A DNA stretch of 64,000 bases from Oculina patagonica. Taxonomy: Eukaryota. The position numbers and the translations under genes were made by a program. Below are positions 11,201 through 24,500 of this stretch, in pieces (positions within the stretch are counted from its first letter, which is position 1; each line of letters starts with the position of its first letter). The stretch spans positions 21,328,001 through 21,392,000 of the forward strand of contig NC_135770.1 in NCBI RefSeq assembly GCF_052425735.1, written 5' to 3'. The notes under the pieces are model-generated. The model did no database searches. It worked only from the letters and a program-made list of their open reading frames with translations, and had not been told where the DNA came from.

Positions 11201-14200
11201 GCGTCGGTCAAAAAAGGAGCATGCTGGTTTTGCTGCAAAATGATCCTGATAAGACCGTGTATTTATTATAGATGGTTAAACAGTTAAGAAGGACTTTAAA
11301 TAAAAACCGCGCTTGCACTGGCAGAAAATTGAAAAATCAAATTCCTTCATTATTTTGCTCATTAATAGCTTTTAGGTAGATAAGAAACCTGATGTATTTT
11401 GTTCCCCCCAGAAGTCTTCTAATTTCGAGAAAAAAAACCAAAGTCAGTTTTCGTGATCGGAGCCTCAAAGTGACACAATTTTCAACCCGAAATTCGCTAT
11501 CGTTAACTCTCGTTCACAAACAAAGCCACATATGCATTGAAAACTTTGGATGCTTTCTATCAACAGAGAAACTCTTTTCCATTCGCTAAAATATAATTTC
11601 AGGGCTTAAGCAAAACTCTTCGAACTGAAATAATTAAAAAGGTGGGGAATACTTTTCACGATACTAGAAAGTCTAATTAAACGGCAGTTTTCAACGGAAT
11701 TATTTATTATGTGGTATAACTCCAAATTTTCTCAATTGTCGTTTAAACACACATGTAAATGTTTATCTAAGACATACCTGAGAATTGGCTTGGGTTGTTG
11801 AAGGCAGCATATTTATCAATGCATCGTAGTCCCACAAAATGTTGTGATATCGATCAAAATAGCCTAACTTACAGCTAAACACTTCTTGGCTCCAAAATGC
11901 AACAAAGCAACTGTTAAGCGCGAAATTCCTTTTGCATCTTCATCCTTAGCAATTTTCCTTTATCGTCGTTCTTTTCTCTTGACGAAAGTGTGTACAGAAC
12001 GCCAGAACGATCAATTTGCTTCCTCAAACTGCGTTGTCGGTGCTGGAGAATTGTTTTGCGTTATTTTAACTCCGTGACATTCTCGACCCCAGAGCTCTTA
12101 CTGCGCAGACTCACTTACGTCACAATATCGTTTTTCATGTCACGTGTATTATGTCACGTAAGTCACAAATCTAATCTTGTGGCAAAATGGCGAAGAGGTT
12201 TTGCGATCAAAATGGACCTTAATTGACCCAGGTTGGCTTTTTTATCTCACTCTTTCGTTGAAAAGGGAATTTTGCAATGGAACATTCGGCAAGGAGAAGG
12301 AAAGACGAGCATTTGGGGTTAAAACATTCATTATCGTGGCGTTTGGCAATTAGAAGTATTTACACAGTTTACGGTCATGCTGTGAAAATTTGCCGAAGTT
12401 TGATGCCCTCTAAGTGAGAATCTTTCCAATAACCCGAGCCAATTCTCAGGTATGTTTAATTAGAATATCTGTATGCATGTTTGAGCGAGAATTGAAAAAA
12501 TTTAATGTTATACCACATGCTAAATACTGCCGTTGAAAATTACTATTTCATTCAAATTTTTGTTATCGTAAAAAGCATTTCTTGTCAGTTCATTTTTTTC
12601 AGTTGGAAGAGTTGCGATAAATCCCTGAAATTATATTCTAGCGAAAGAAAAAGAGTTTTTATGTAGATAGGAAGTGACCAAATTTCTCTGCGCGGTTTTG
12701 TAGGCGAACGCGAGGAGTGTTCATAATAGCTAATTTCGGGTTTAAAAGTTAGGAAATTTGTGACTTCGAGCACCGAAATCGATTTTCTTTGTTTTCTCAA
12801 AATTAGAAGACCTCTAGGGGAAACAAACTACATCAGGTTTCTTATCTACCTTAACGCTAATAATGAGCAAAAAACGAAGAAAAATCGATTGTCCAATTTC
12901 TGCCCGGAAATCAAATTCTTGCTCGGCCGTTCGTAAAAGTCACTCTTAAAACGTTTTTTTATATGATAGATAGTTTGGTCGCTTGTGTCGCAAAAGGGTC
13001 ATTGCTGAGTTTTTAATATGGCGGCAATTCGAAAACTGTGACGATTTAACCCTTTCATATGACGTCATATAATGATGATGCGGCCTCAAAGGTCCATAAA
13101 CATAACAGAAATGAAGGTCTGAATAAATTTTAAAATAATAATACACACTTCCAATGCTTATATATTGTTCGCACTTTGGCAGGTAGTAATCCAGAAAATA
13201 TCAAATGCTATGGACAGGCAGGAAAACCTCAGCAACGTGAGTGCATCAACATGAATCCTTTTACATAAAGTCGAGTATACTGTCATTATCAAACACGTGA
13301 AAATTCAACCCCACACTATAGTAAATAAAGTCAGCCGGTGCTTTTGTTTGCGAATCTGACATTCAGTTATATATTCTCTGTGAAATTTGCAATCTGATGT
13401 CCTGTATTTTAACTTTCAACTTAATTACAGCCATCGCAATCTTTGATTCTGATAAAGCTAGCTTAAAAAACATTGTATGACTAGATATCCCTAGAACTGA
13501 AGTTGAGTCCTGCCACCCAGTTATTATGCAGTCTTTGAAAGAAATATATCCTTCAGTGTTACACGGAAAGAGCCAACAATTTCACTTTTAACCACTAATT
13601 AAAGGATTTACAAGCTCTTTGAACGTTTAGAATTAATTTATAAACAGTAGGTTGTCCTTTTTACGCTAAGTCGTATGCTGATGATGCAAAATATAAAAAG
13701 TGACGTCAGCAAAGATACGCCAACAGCTTTTAGGTAACAAAAAACGGCAGAACTCGACAAAAGGCTCGATTTCCGCCTTTCTCTATTTTTTGTAAAAAAA
13801 ATTAATGTTTAACATGTCACATTTACAGCCATTGGTCCAAATAGAGCGCCAGCCGCGGCTCCTGGGGGTTCACCCTTTCCAACAGTGCAGCCTACAGGTG
13901 GCAGTGTTTCAACACCAACTACCTCGCTGCCTTTCGAAGGTAAAGTTGTTAAAGCTGTTTTATGTCCGTTTTGAGTAGAGTCGAATGTTCTGGCGTGAAC
14001 TTAAGAAGAAGGACCCATGTACTTTTTCCTTAACATATGAGAATGTATAAAACTTTAAATGTCACTCAATTTTCGGGCGTGACATCCACCCAAGAAAAGC
14101 TAAGATCCTTGAACGAGCAGTCACAAGTTACACCAAGAGACTGTTTTTAGAGTAGTGGCACTCAACAGTGGAATCTACGCAGTTAACGAAAGGAATCGCC

Positions 14201-15782
14201 TTCCGCGAGCTTACACTCCACTTCTAAGAAATTAAAAAAAAAATTCGATGGCGTATTCAAACATGCTTAGCGCGTGCTAATTTATAACGAAGATCATTTC
14301 GCTCTGACAAAGGTGGGCAGTGGCCACCGAAAATTTAGTGACATTTAAGTTTAGATCGGAAGAATCTTATTAATAATCAGCCTACCGATCGCCACAGAAA
14401 AAGTGTATGAGAATGTCTTCGACCCGAAAATTATTCTATTAACGTACCGTTTGTGACATTATCCATTGTATTGTTTATTTGATTATTGGTTTTTCAGTTA
14501 TTTCTATTTTGTCATTGTTTTTGTTTCATATCTCGAAAAAGCTCAGCTGAAGGCTGGATCATTTAACTTTTTTAAGAGATTACTAACATAAAAAGTATTG
14601 AAAAGAGATGCAGTATTTATGTTCTACAGTTCAGTGTATGACAGATGTATCATTTTCTATAAAAAGTTTATTACCTTTTCTGTCAACAATCATATAAAGG
14701 GTAAGAGTTAGGATCTCAAAGCGAAACCTCCCAATATAGAACTTTCTTAAGTAACCCCAACCCCCCTCCCCTCTCCGACCTGGCCTCAAGAAATTTAACC
14801 TGTCCTTTGTTAAGCGAGTTAACACGGGCAATTTTCATGTGGCAATTTTAATGTCACAACTTTTATTTGCTCGTGTAGATGAGAAAAATTAGTCCATTTT
14901 TATGTGACAAATATAGTTGTTGACAGGCTGTCAAATAAAAGTTGTCACCGCCATACAAAAATTGCTCGTGTATATGTGGTCCCCAATCTCCCAAATTCCC
15001 ACTGAGCACTTTACGCGCGTATCTCTGTGCGTATCACCGCTGTCCACCTTTGGACTGATGACAAATAAATAATTGCTTAGCCATCTACTCGATCAGATAT
15101 ATTTGTCACATAAAAATTCCCCGTGTAAACCCGGCTTTAGACGGTTCACAGTCTAATTTTCAACACAAAAGAACACAAGAGAAACAGCGAGCGAAAGAGG
15201 CGCAAAGGAAAATCACAGCGGTTGGGCGCTTTGCCCTGGCATGGAGTCGAGTCCTCCCGCGATTCAAACAATCGAAGAAACATCTTTTGACATCTTTTGT
15301 CTACTGAGAATCGCAGAATCTTTCTAACAACACAATCTTTTGGATCGAGAAATTTGAAGATAATGATAGTGACAGGCTAATAATAATATATATTTTTTTT
15401 AAAAAAAAAGAAAATCAATGATTGTGGAGAAATGTTGTCGACCATATTTTTTAATCCTCTTCTCAAAGATATTTATTACTCCAAAACACACCATTTTTTC
15501 TTTTTTTTTCCAGAGTGGGACAGAACTTTCTGCAAAGAAAAGCCCACAGGTTTTTACGCTGACCCAAAAGACTGCAACAGTTTTTACCAGTGCGCTAACG
15601 GGGTGACATACTGGAAGCAATGCCCCACGGGACTTCATTTCAACCCAGTTTTAAAGAACTGTGACATGCCTGATAATGTGAACTGTATTCCACAACAGCA
15701 AGATACGATAGCATGTCCGCATGGAAGAATCATTCTAACTGCAAAGAAAAGTGTTTGTGATAAAACCCGTCAGACGCAGTAA
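8254..15782 (+). CDS. Secreted expansin-like protein (EXLX/YoaJ-type DPBB + CBM63-like) fused to a chitin-binding type-2 (CBM14) domain, paralogue 1, ~396 aa
   Basis: Eight GT-AG exons with consistent phases: 8254-8319, 8461-8526, 8948-9197, 10227-10380, 10896-11116, 13183-13236, 13829-13939, 15514-15782 (1191 nt). Signal peptide MHFLAFFLLISLLHSFEVTIIEG. Domain 1 motifs GDSTYYG..GGGAC, CGMCIEI, VGDLCGGC, GFDL. Domain 2 motifs GSNPWSMKLQARN, WICMKRTDDNYF, FRLTSISGE. P/T/G-rich linker. CBM14 with six Cys: FCKEKPTGFYADPKDCNSFYQCANGVTYWKQCPTGLHFNPVLKNCDMPDNVNC. Confidence 0.9.
11375..12850. mobile_element. Foldback-like non-autonomous DNA transposon with >400-bp imperfect TIRs (TTAA-like flanks, Kolobok-like), in intron 5 of expansin paralogue 1
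   Basis: ggtagataagaaacctgatgta... on the left matches ...tacatcaggtttcttatctacc|ttaa on the right. Complementarity continues inward to catacctgagaattggcttgggtt (~11772-11796) / aacccgagccaattctcaggtatg (~12431-12454). Confidence 0.8.
14812..15138. mobile_element. MITE in intron 7 of expansin paralogue 1
   Basis: Imperfect inverted ends aagcgagttaacacgggcaattttcatgtggcaa / ttgtcacataaaaattccccgtgtaaacccggctt. Confidence 0.6.
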
Positions 15783-17462
15783 TGAACAGTTTGATTTTCT
15801 CTTTTCTTTTTCATGGCACAGGAACAGGAACGACTGAATTTTGTTTGTCGACATTGGTTTACCTTACCTGTAGTCGACATAGAGTCGATCATATTTAAAA
15901 TACAGCGATACGGCAAGATCATCAATGTTCAAGCAAAGTAGTGGACGAAACATGCTTTTGAGCCAAAATAAATAAAACTACATTTTGGTCCGATCCTATG
16001 AAACGCATTTAAATGAGGAGCTGTTCACAGCACAAATATAATCTGTCTTATCTATATAGTTTATCGTGGTTAGGAAATACGCTGTAAAAATGCACAGAAA
16101 TAATATATACTAGAATGTCAATTTTAAGATATAGATTATCCAGACGTTTCCAACGAACAGGTTAAACAGGTCTTATAGAGCACGAAAATTGTGAGATGGC
16201 TAAAATAATTTTAGGCAAGCGCTGGGTTTCACGAGTATAAAGCTGTTAGGTGTGAGGGAAATCCACCTCCTTGGCGACTATTGTTATTCGTAGAAAGCGG
16301 CCGAGCAGAATCGAATGTTTAATCTTGAATTACTAAATTGCCATAATTATCGACACATAGACATATGTAATGAGTACAAAATATTTACCGTCGGTGGACC
16401 ACTTTTCACATTTCACGTCACAGTAATATTTTTCGTACAGCTAATTTTCATAAAATCAGTGCATACGGCTGTAACGTGTCCATTGAAGCGTGTTATAGTC
16501 TACGATCACCCAGGCCGACTCGCTGATGCGTTCTATTGGTGACCAGTTTATTTTATTGTGGACGGTACAGCCCTCTTTGTCAGCTCCATTAGCACACCAG
16601 TCCACGGTGAAACCTCGCACAAGCAATGTCAAACGTAAATGAAATGTATAGACGGTAAATTGTCTGATGCAACTATAAAAGCTTAGGGAGACTAAAAAGT
16701 TCTTCAAGGTAAGGCAATGAAATTTCTTATTTCCTTAAATTTATAAGACAAGAATTTAAAAACACCTTAAAGTTTTTAAGCAGCAGACTTTATGAGACGG
16801 AGTGTAGGCAAGAATTCGCGATTAAAATATAATAGTCTAAGCATAATCTCGCAAAGAACCAACATAAATACTCATAATTCAGATCTCAGTAAATCGGAAA
16901 GCCATTTCCAATCAAACAAACCGAAAGGTATTGACGTTTCTTGCCCTTTAAGCATCTTCCAAGCCCTGCTCAGCGCAGTTCGAGAGAAACTGAAGTGTAC
17001 CGTTTGCCGGGTCAAGATGGAGCGACAAATTTTTATCGGCCTCGATATTTACTGGCGTGCAGTTATTAACTAAGTTCCGTTTTCTTTCGTAAAACTCGAA
17101 GAATTCGCCCGATTTGGCACCACAGATCGTAAATATTGTACTCAGTTTACATCTTAGACTGTCCACCGCCCTCTATTTTTTCGTGTTTTTTCGATTGATG
17201 AGCGCGGGGTGGGAACGGCGAGAGAACTGGGCGCCAGCGCAAAACGGAAGAAGCTAGCGTTCAATTTTTTCGTGTTTGCGTTTTTGCATTGTAACTAGCG
17301 GTTTTTAATTCTCGTCAGTATTTTGTTCGGTTTTTTGGTCTCTTTGTTAGCGTAGCTCATTATAATGTATTTGTTCTGCAAGTTAGTTCTCGGCGTCGTA
17401 TTATGTAATCGTTTATTGTTAATTTCGTAACATCATTAGCGCTATTTTTTGCTTTCAAATCC

Positions 17463-17535
17463 GTATAAAGTCTCGTATGCTTTTATTATAAATTAGTTCT
17501 CTTTAATCCGGAGTTGCCGTACAGATCTGGTAAGT
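17463..17535 (+). promoter_or_regulatory. Candidate TATA box and non-coding first exon of expansin paralogue 2
   Basis: gtataaa at 17463 and a strong donor CTG|gtaagt at 17530. The ATG at 18008 directly follows a polypyrimidine-tttacag acceptor, so an upstream UTR exon is required. Confidence 0.4.
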
Positions 17536-18007
17536 GATCGTTTTTTCTTGTATTTTTTTTTCGATTTTTATTCAATTGTTGTATTCCGTTTAGTTAAGTT
17601 TCAAGTTTTAGTTTATTCATTCTGAGTTTTTTTTTATTTACATGTAGTCAAGTAAATCTCAAAGTTTACGAAAATAATTAAAAGGCGAATTCAAACTGTA
17701 TAAGGAGTGTTTGGTACAGTTGTAATTTTTTCCGGGGGGGCCCCCCCACTTATTAATTTTTCTGTGTAATGTACTAAGCTGAATCACAACACGACGCAAT
17801 CTATGACAAGATTCATTTATCCCCTGGCCTGCTGTTAAAAAACTTCGTTTAATGCATGGGCATTTTATTGTTGTGCTTAATAAAATTTCGTTAACGTACC
17901 AAATGCTCCAACGGTTAACTGTCCTCTTCCCTGCTGTTCTCTGGCCTAAATAAATAAAAAGCGGCAGATTAGAATCTTATATTTGATACGGGTTTTCTTT
18001 TTTACAG

Positions 18008-18539
18008 ATGAATTTTCTAGAGTTTGCTGTGGTAATCGGCCTCCTTCTTTATCTCGATGTCGCGATCATCCAGGTAAGATGACTAGGTCGATAAATAAGG
18101 GAAAAAGGAACAATATATAGAACTCTTATTAAATCTGCGCATGAGATAACGGGACAGAGTGCAATCAATTACGTTTTTTTGAAGATGTTTATTTAAAACA
18201 TCTCTAGTTTTCAAATTGTGATAAAATGTAATAAAATTGATAAGCCCATAAACAAATTTACTGCCATATTCAATACTCTGTTGTCTTCAATAACATGATT
18301 TAATTTGCTTACGTACTGCTGATAACATTATGATTTCATTTTCTGGCATGCTACTTTTGTTATTTTTTTTTTCTTAGGCGGAAACAAGCATGGCGAATGT
18401 AAAAGCGATATGGAATCGATATGCCCAAGTCACGAAAGGAGACGTAAGAATTGTTTGATTGGATTTAGAGATAAATTTTATTATTTAACGTAGCCATAAA
18501 TAATAATAATAATAATAATATAAATAATGTAAAAAAAAA

Positions 18540-18581
<42 letters not shown>

Positions 18582-21500
18582 CAGAAAAAAATTGCCCTTT
18601 CGGATGGAGGACTTTGATAGCCAAAGCTTAAAAATTGACAAATGAACACTGGTCGTCCCTGGCAATTCCCTTTTTCGTATATTTTCTGCTACATACATAA
18701 GAGAAAGCGTAAACTTGAAAGCGAGAAGATGATCTCTACCCAAAAGAAAACCTCGTACGTTGGATATGTCTTAACCACTCTAGGTCTTAAAATATAAAAA
18801 TGGTTTAAACAGATCTAAAAGTATAAAAGGATACTCTAAATTTTCGATCGCCCTCTGCGGTCTTCTTCATAGAATGATGGATATTGCAAGGTTCGGAGAA
18901 TTCTAATAAGTTGCATTGACGTTATTGTTCGTTGCCCCCCTGGAGAGCAACTAGCGATGCGTATACCCTTGGAAAGGGCGCTCTTTCGTTTATAGTGTTT
19001 TTGTCGAGGAAAGAATGTAAAGGCTCCAGAAACAGTCTTTTGTTCTTGCTGCTTACACCTGTTCCAAGAATTTCGGCGTAACTTGGATGTATGTCGTGGC
19101 CGATTTCTGCATGATGTTTAATCGCGGAGTTGATATTTCCGTTTGTTCCGGGCTTGTGTTCGGCCCCTCGTGATTTCCAGCTTCTTTTGCTTTCCCCAAC
19201 GTATGCAAATGAGCATGTCCTGCAAATCACTTTGTATACAATTCCTTTCAACCGCTCTTTATTCGGTCGGTCCTTGGGCTTTTTGAAGATATTTCCTAAC
19301 GTTCGTACTGGTTTAAACGCTGTCTTTATGTTTTCGCGGCTCAAAATCCGTCGAACGCGCTCCGACACCCCTTTCACATACGGGATGGACGTGTATGCCT
19401 TCGGATTCTCCTGGGTTCTTGGTTGCGTGTTTGTTTTGTTTGATTCGCCAGCTGACTTGATGAAGCTCTCGGTATAACCGTATTAATGACGCGTTGTTTC
19501 TAGTTTTGTCTTTGCGCGGGTGTTGATGAAACGCCCTTAGCTCGGTCCATTAGAGTCTTAACGACAGCTCTCTTGCTCTGCGCTGGGCTGTGTGAATGGA
19601 AGTCTAAATACTTGCTCGTATGTGTGGTCTTGCGGTATACACCCACCTCGATCCTACCATCCTCATTAACGGTGTTGTTGGTGTCCAGGAAGGCTATGCT
19701 GTTTTTGCCCATAGTTGTTGTAGGCATCTCCACTGTAAACTGAATGTTGGCGTTTATCGAGTTTAAGTGGCTGTGAAAAGCTTCAACACCGTCCCTCTTA
19801 ATGCACGCATTCGAAACATCGAAATAGCGGCGTCACCACTTTGGTTGAACGCTTTCTCTTCAACTTCTTGCATTACAAGCTCTGCGATCACCGCACTGAC
19901 TGGCGATCCCATGGCACATCCCGATACTTGGTGGTATTGGTTTCCCTCGAATACAAAATAACTGTTGTGCAGGTCTACTTTAACCTTTTTTCTTATCTTC
20001 TCAAGAGCACGTACTACGGTGATTATCCAGGAGGTGGAGCATGCGCATTAGATCCACCGTCGCCGCTGAACAAACAGCCTGGCTGGATAATGGTTGCGGC
20101 TGGAAAAGATGACTACCAAAAGTCGCTTGGGTGCGGCATGTGTATCGAAATCACGGCCAACGGGGAGCAAACGCTCCCCTCTACTGGAGGACCCACGCCT
20201 ATGAAAGGCACCTACAAGGCCTATGTGGGTGACCTGTGTGGTGGATGTAAACAGGGTACGTCTGTGGTACTTCGCTGTGATTATTTAGATACCGTATTTT
20301 CTCGATTAAACGCCCCCGGCGTTTATTTCAAACTTGGCCCAAAAGGACCGGTGTTTATTTCAATTCAGGAGTTGTTTCAATCCCTATGTTTCTAAGAAAT
20401 GATTTTTATTTTTATTTTTTTACAGCTATATAATTAGACGTTATTTTAAAAGCATATTAAACCTTTAATAATTGTTTGAGGGGTTTATTTTTAAATACAA
20501 CTTGGGGACCCGGCGTTTATTCGGGGCCCGGCGTTTAATCGAGAAAATACGGTATGCACACATGGTTTTTCTTAAGATCAGCTATTGGGAGCGTGACAAA
20601 GACGATCTAGCCTGTTTCAGGCGCTCGGTTAGTGGGAGATGAATAAAAAACAATTATCCTGCTTAATCTTGCGGAATATCGACTGTTTTTAGCACATTCA
20701 TGCCGTACGCCGAGTGGGCTTAGATATTACACAATATGGATAACTGTAAAATATAACACAGGCTCGATTTATACTAGAGACGTATGATCCGGATAATTCG
20801 TCTGCCAAGACGAATAATGAAGATAGTTGGTCTGGAAAGATGATCTGTCTGTTTGCCCGTATTTATACACAGACGAATTATCGCACGAACTAAAAAATGC
20901 TCGCCTAATTAAAATGCAAGTTCGTCCAGACGGATCATCCGTCTCTAGTATAAATCGAGCCACATTTGATAAGTAATATTTACATAATCCTTGACTCCTA
21001 AAGCTGCGTTAAGACTCTGTGTGGATGTTTTACTTTTATTCCTTCTTTTATCAATCCTCACAGCTGGATTTGATCTTTATATCCCTGGGTTTGGTAAGTA
21101 CAAGACTTCTTTCAAGGCAGTCGAGTGCCCCACTGTACCAGGCACAGAAGGAAACATTCAGTTCCGTTTTACAGGGAGTAACCCCTGGTCTATGAAATTG
21201 CAGGCTCGAAACTCAAGGTAAGTTTCACCGAGAATTTTTCATACAGTATTTGGAGGTCAAAACAAATGAACACAGAAGCGAGACAATTCAAGACAAACGC
21301 TGCGCTACAAAATCAGGATTTGAGTTCGTTCGCTTGTACCGAGTTTAATTTTCAATGACTATTCCATTTTTTACTGCACTGCTCTTTTTTACAGTCGAAT
21401 CCCGATAACTCGAACCTTCAAGGGAAATCGAAAAAGGTTCGAGATACAGTCGAATCCCGATAACTCGAACCTTCAAGGGAAATCGAAAAAGGTTCGAGAT

Positions 21501-24500
21501 ACAGTCGAATCCCGATAACTCGAACCTTCAAGGGAAATCGAAAAAGGTTCGAGTTATTGAGGGTAAATGAGAGGGGGGGGGGGGGGGGGGGGGGGTAAAA
21601 TTAGTAAGAAAATGACCTGAAGGGGAATCGAAAAAGTTTTGAGCTATCGGAAGTTCGAGTTTTTTTTTTTAATTCATTGCTTACAAACCAAAAAAAAAAT
21701 ACTTACAACGCTTACAAAACCAAAAAAAAAACTACTTACAAAGCTTACGAATAGAAAACAAAAAAAAATACTCACAATGCTAAAAAGAAAAAAAATGTTA
21801 CAAAAGTTGCACTAAGTGCGCTATAACTTTACTTACAATAATATTATACAATTATTTTATTTAATTACATTACAATACAACGCATGCCAACACACGGTAC
21901 TGCCACTACTTTCCCTAACATTAAAGGTTACACGGTCAAGGGCTCAGGAGACTTGATCCAGCGAGGATAGAAAAGGCTTCCATTTATTGTGTTGCCTGGT
22001 ATATTATTTTCTAATTGATGTATATGTTTTAGATAAAACAAAAATTGTTTTGGGTGGGGTCGGAAGTTCGAGTTACTGAGGGTTCGAGTTATCGGGATTC
22101 AACTGTATTTCTAACAGATGTTCTTCGTTTTATGATCAACAATAACGATATCAATTAGTAAACTTGCAACTTTCCTGCACGTGCGACAAGATAAAATTGA
22201 GACCAAAATAATTGCCTGCATAGAAAAATAACAAAAACCCAAAATGGGTCTCTCTTTACCATTTAAAACGTTAAAAAAAATTATGTTGTTAAATTTACAG
22301 GGTGGCTACTGTAGGTATGGAAATATTGCACGACGACAAGTGGATCTGTATGAAGCGAACAGATGACAACTACTTTACTATTAACGGATTAGGAGAGATA
22401 AAATACCCAAAGAAATTCAGGGTAACAAGTATCAGTGGCGAACAACTAGTCACCACGCTACCTGGGATTAAAAACAATGAGAATATTCCCAGTGATATAC
22501 AGTACTCGGGATTTAAACCAGGTACAATTATGCGTGACTGTTGCTAAGGAATTTTATATACCATAAGAAGAGGACAACATTAATTTGTTGTTGCAATATT
22601 TGTCCAAATACAGAGCAAGCTCATGCAGGCATTGGCCAGAAATGACCCTATAAAATGAGACAAAAAAATTAACAATGAATTGCATTAGATGCTTCAAGAG
22701 AAAATAAAAATACAAGTTATTTTAGTTATTCCTGAAATTATTTTTATTGTCTGGAATGTCTTGCCTCAATAACGTTTCATAAGCTTTGGCCTGTAAAATT
22801 GAACAATGTGGTTTCCCCATAGTGGAATCGTTTTGCTTTGCTGTGAAAATGTTTCTTAATTTTTTTGAAATAATGAAGCTCACAGTTGCCAAATTGTGAT
22901 GTGTTAAATAAAGCTACCCCTTTTATACGTATCTTAAAAGCCAAGGTAAAGAGAATCTTAAAAAAAATATTTAACTTAATAATCTTAAAAAAAACACCAA
23001 CGAGGCAATAATAAACCAAAACGTGATAACGTTTTTTAAGACACGGAAAACGAAGCCAAATTAAAATTCCATCGTGTTTGTCTCTCGTAATGCATTTAAA
23101 TCTTTGAACCATTCGTATTCGTTTCATGGTTTATTTCCTTATAAAAAAATTATTATTAAATCATTATTCTATTGAAGTAATATAATCGCAAGAAATGACG
23201 TAATAAACCGAGTTATGGCTTCTCGACGATGAATCCAATTTTAATCTTTGAACCATTCGTATATTCGTTTCATGGTTAATTTACTTAAAATTTAATTATA
23301 AATGAATTATTATTCTATTGAAAATAATATAATCGCAAGAAATTACGTAATATACCGAGTTATGGCTTCTCGACGATGAATCCAATTTCATTTTTTTTTG
23401 GCAGACAGTAATCCAGAAAACATCAAATGCTTCGGACAATCAGGAAAAGCCGAGCAACGTGAGTTACTGACTAAGATCACATGTAGTTAGACACCCAATC
23501 GTAAATCAAGTAAATGTTTTGGTGGAGGATAGTTTACAAGTTTACACAGGGGACTTAATGTTAACATGTTTAGTTAGGTCTGTAAAGCTGTAAGGTCCTG
23601 TAAGGGTTCGAGATCCGGGCATGCACTCCAAACGTTCGGCGGAGCCGGGGGGGGGGGGCTGGGGTTAAGTTAAGTTTCGAAAGTTAAGTTTTTATTGCTA
23701 AGTTTCGAAAAAATAAGAGAAGAATCTCAAAAGGCCCTCACTTCAAGTCGCAATTGGAAAAAAGCTCCGTGGTCCCTGAGGTATTTCCCGCAGAGAAGTG
23801 GGGTGTCACAAAGTATATGGAATTGTAGAGTACAGGGACGGCGGAGCCGGGGTGGCTGGGGGGGCTTTGCCCCCCCCCCCCCACTTTTTCCGAAAAAATA
23901 AAGACTTATTAAGAGAAGAGTCTCTTAACCCACCCCCCCCCCCCCACTTAAAGTCACTAGTCAGCCCCCCCCCCCCCAACCTGGAAAACTGCTCCGCCGT
24001 CGCTGGAGTAACGATTTCTACGCCCTTTAGTGAGGCTGTTTTCATAAAGCTAAGAATTCGCTAGCTTCTTCGTGCATCCTGATTGATAAAAGTAAAGGCT
24101 TAGCTAAAAAGATATGATGAAATAATAGCTTGTGGTAAAAATACATTTTTTTTACTTTTTTCTTGTTTTAAATTGCATATTTCAGCCATTGGTCCAACAA
24201 GTGCGCCAGTTCCGGGCTCACCAGCTACAATCAGTAGCGGTGCACCAGCGAGTCCACCCCCGCCAACAGCCCAGCCTTCCACAGAAGGGGGCACAGGCCC
24301 TATTCCCTCAACAACAGGGGGTGCAAACCCACCCACCTCCAAGCCTTCTACAGGTAAACATGGTAAAATTGTTAAAAATGATCTTGAAACAGCACACCGG
24401 AGAGGAATGCAGACGAATTTTAGATAACGAAACATCTCTAGCTTTTTTATAAAATGTTTAAAAGTTAAACAACTTTTTTGCCATAAAATGGTTCCTAATT

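Noticed and set aside
15432-15782. Stand-alone peritrophin or chitinase gene
   Set aside because: It has a phase-compatible acceptor at 15513 and no signal peptide or GH18 exons. The same arrangement recurs in paralogue 2, so it is the last exon of the expansin-like gene.
19841-20395. 184-aa single-exon ORF
   Set aside because: A chimera of antisense Penelope sequence, expansin exon 3 and intron/MITE read-through.
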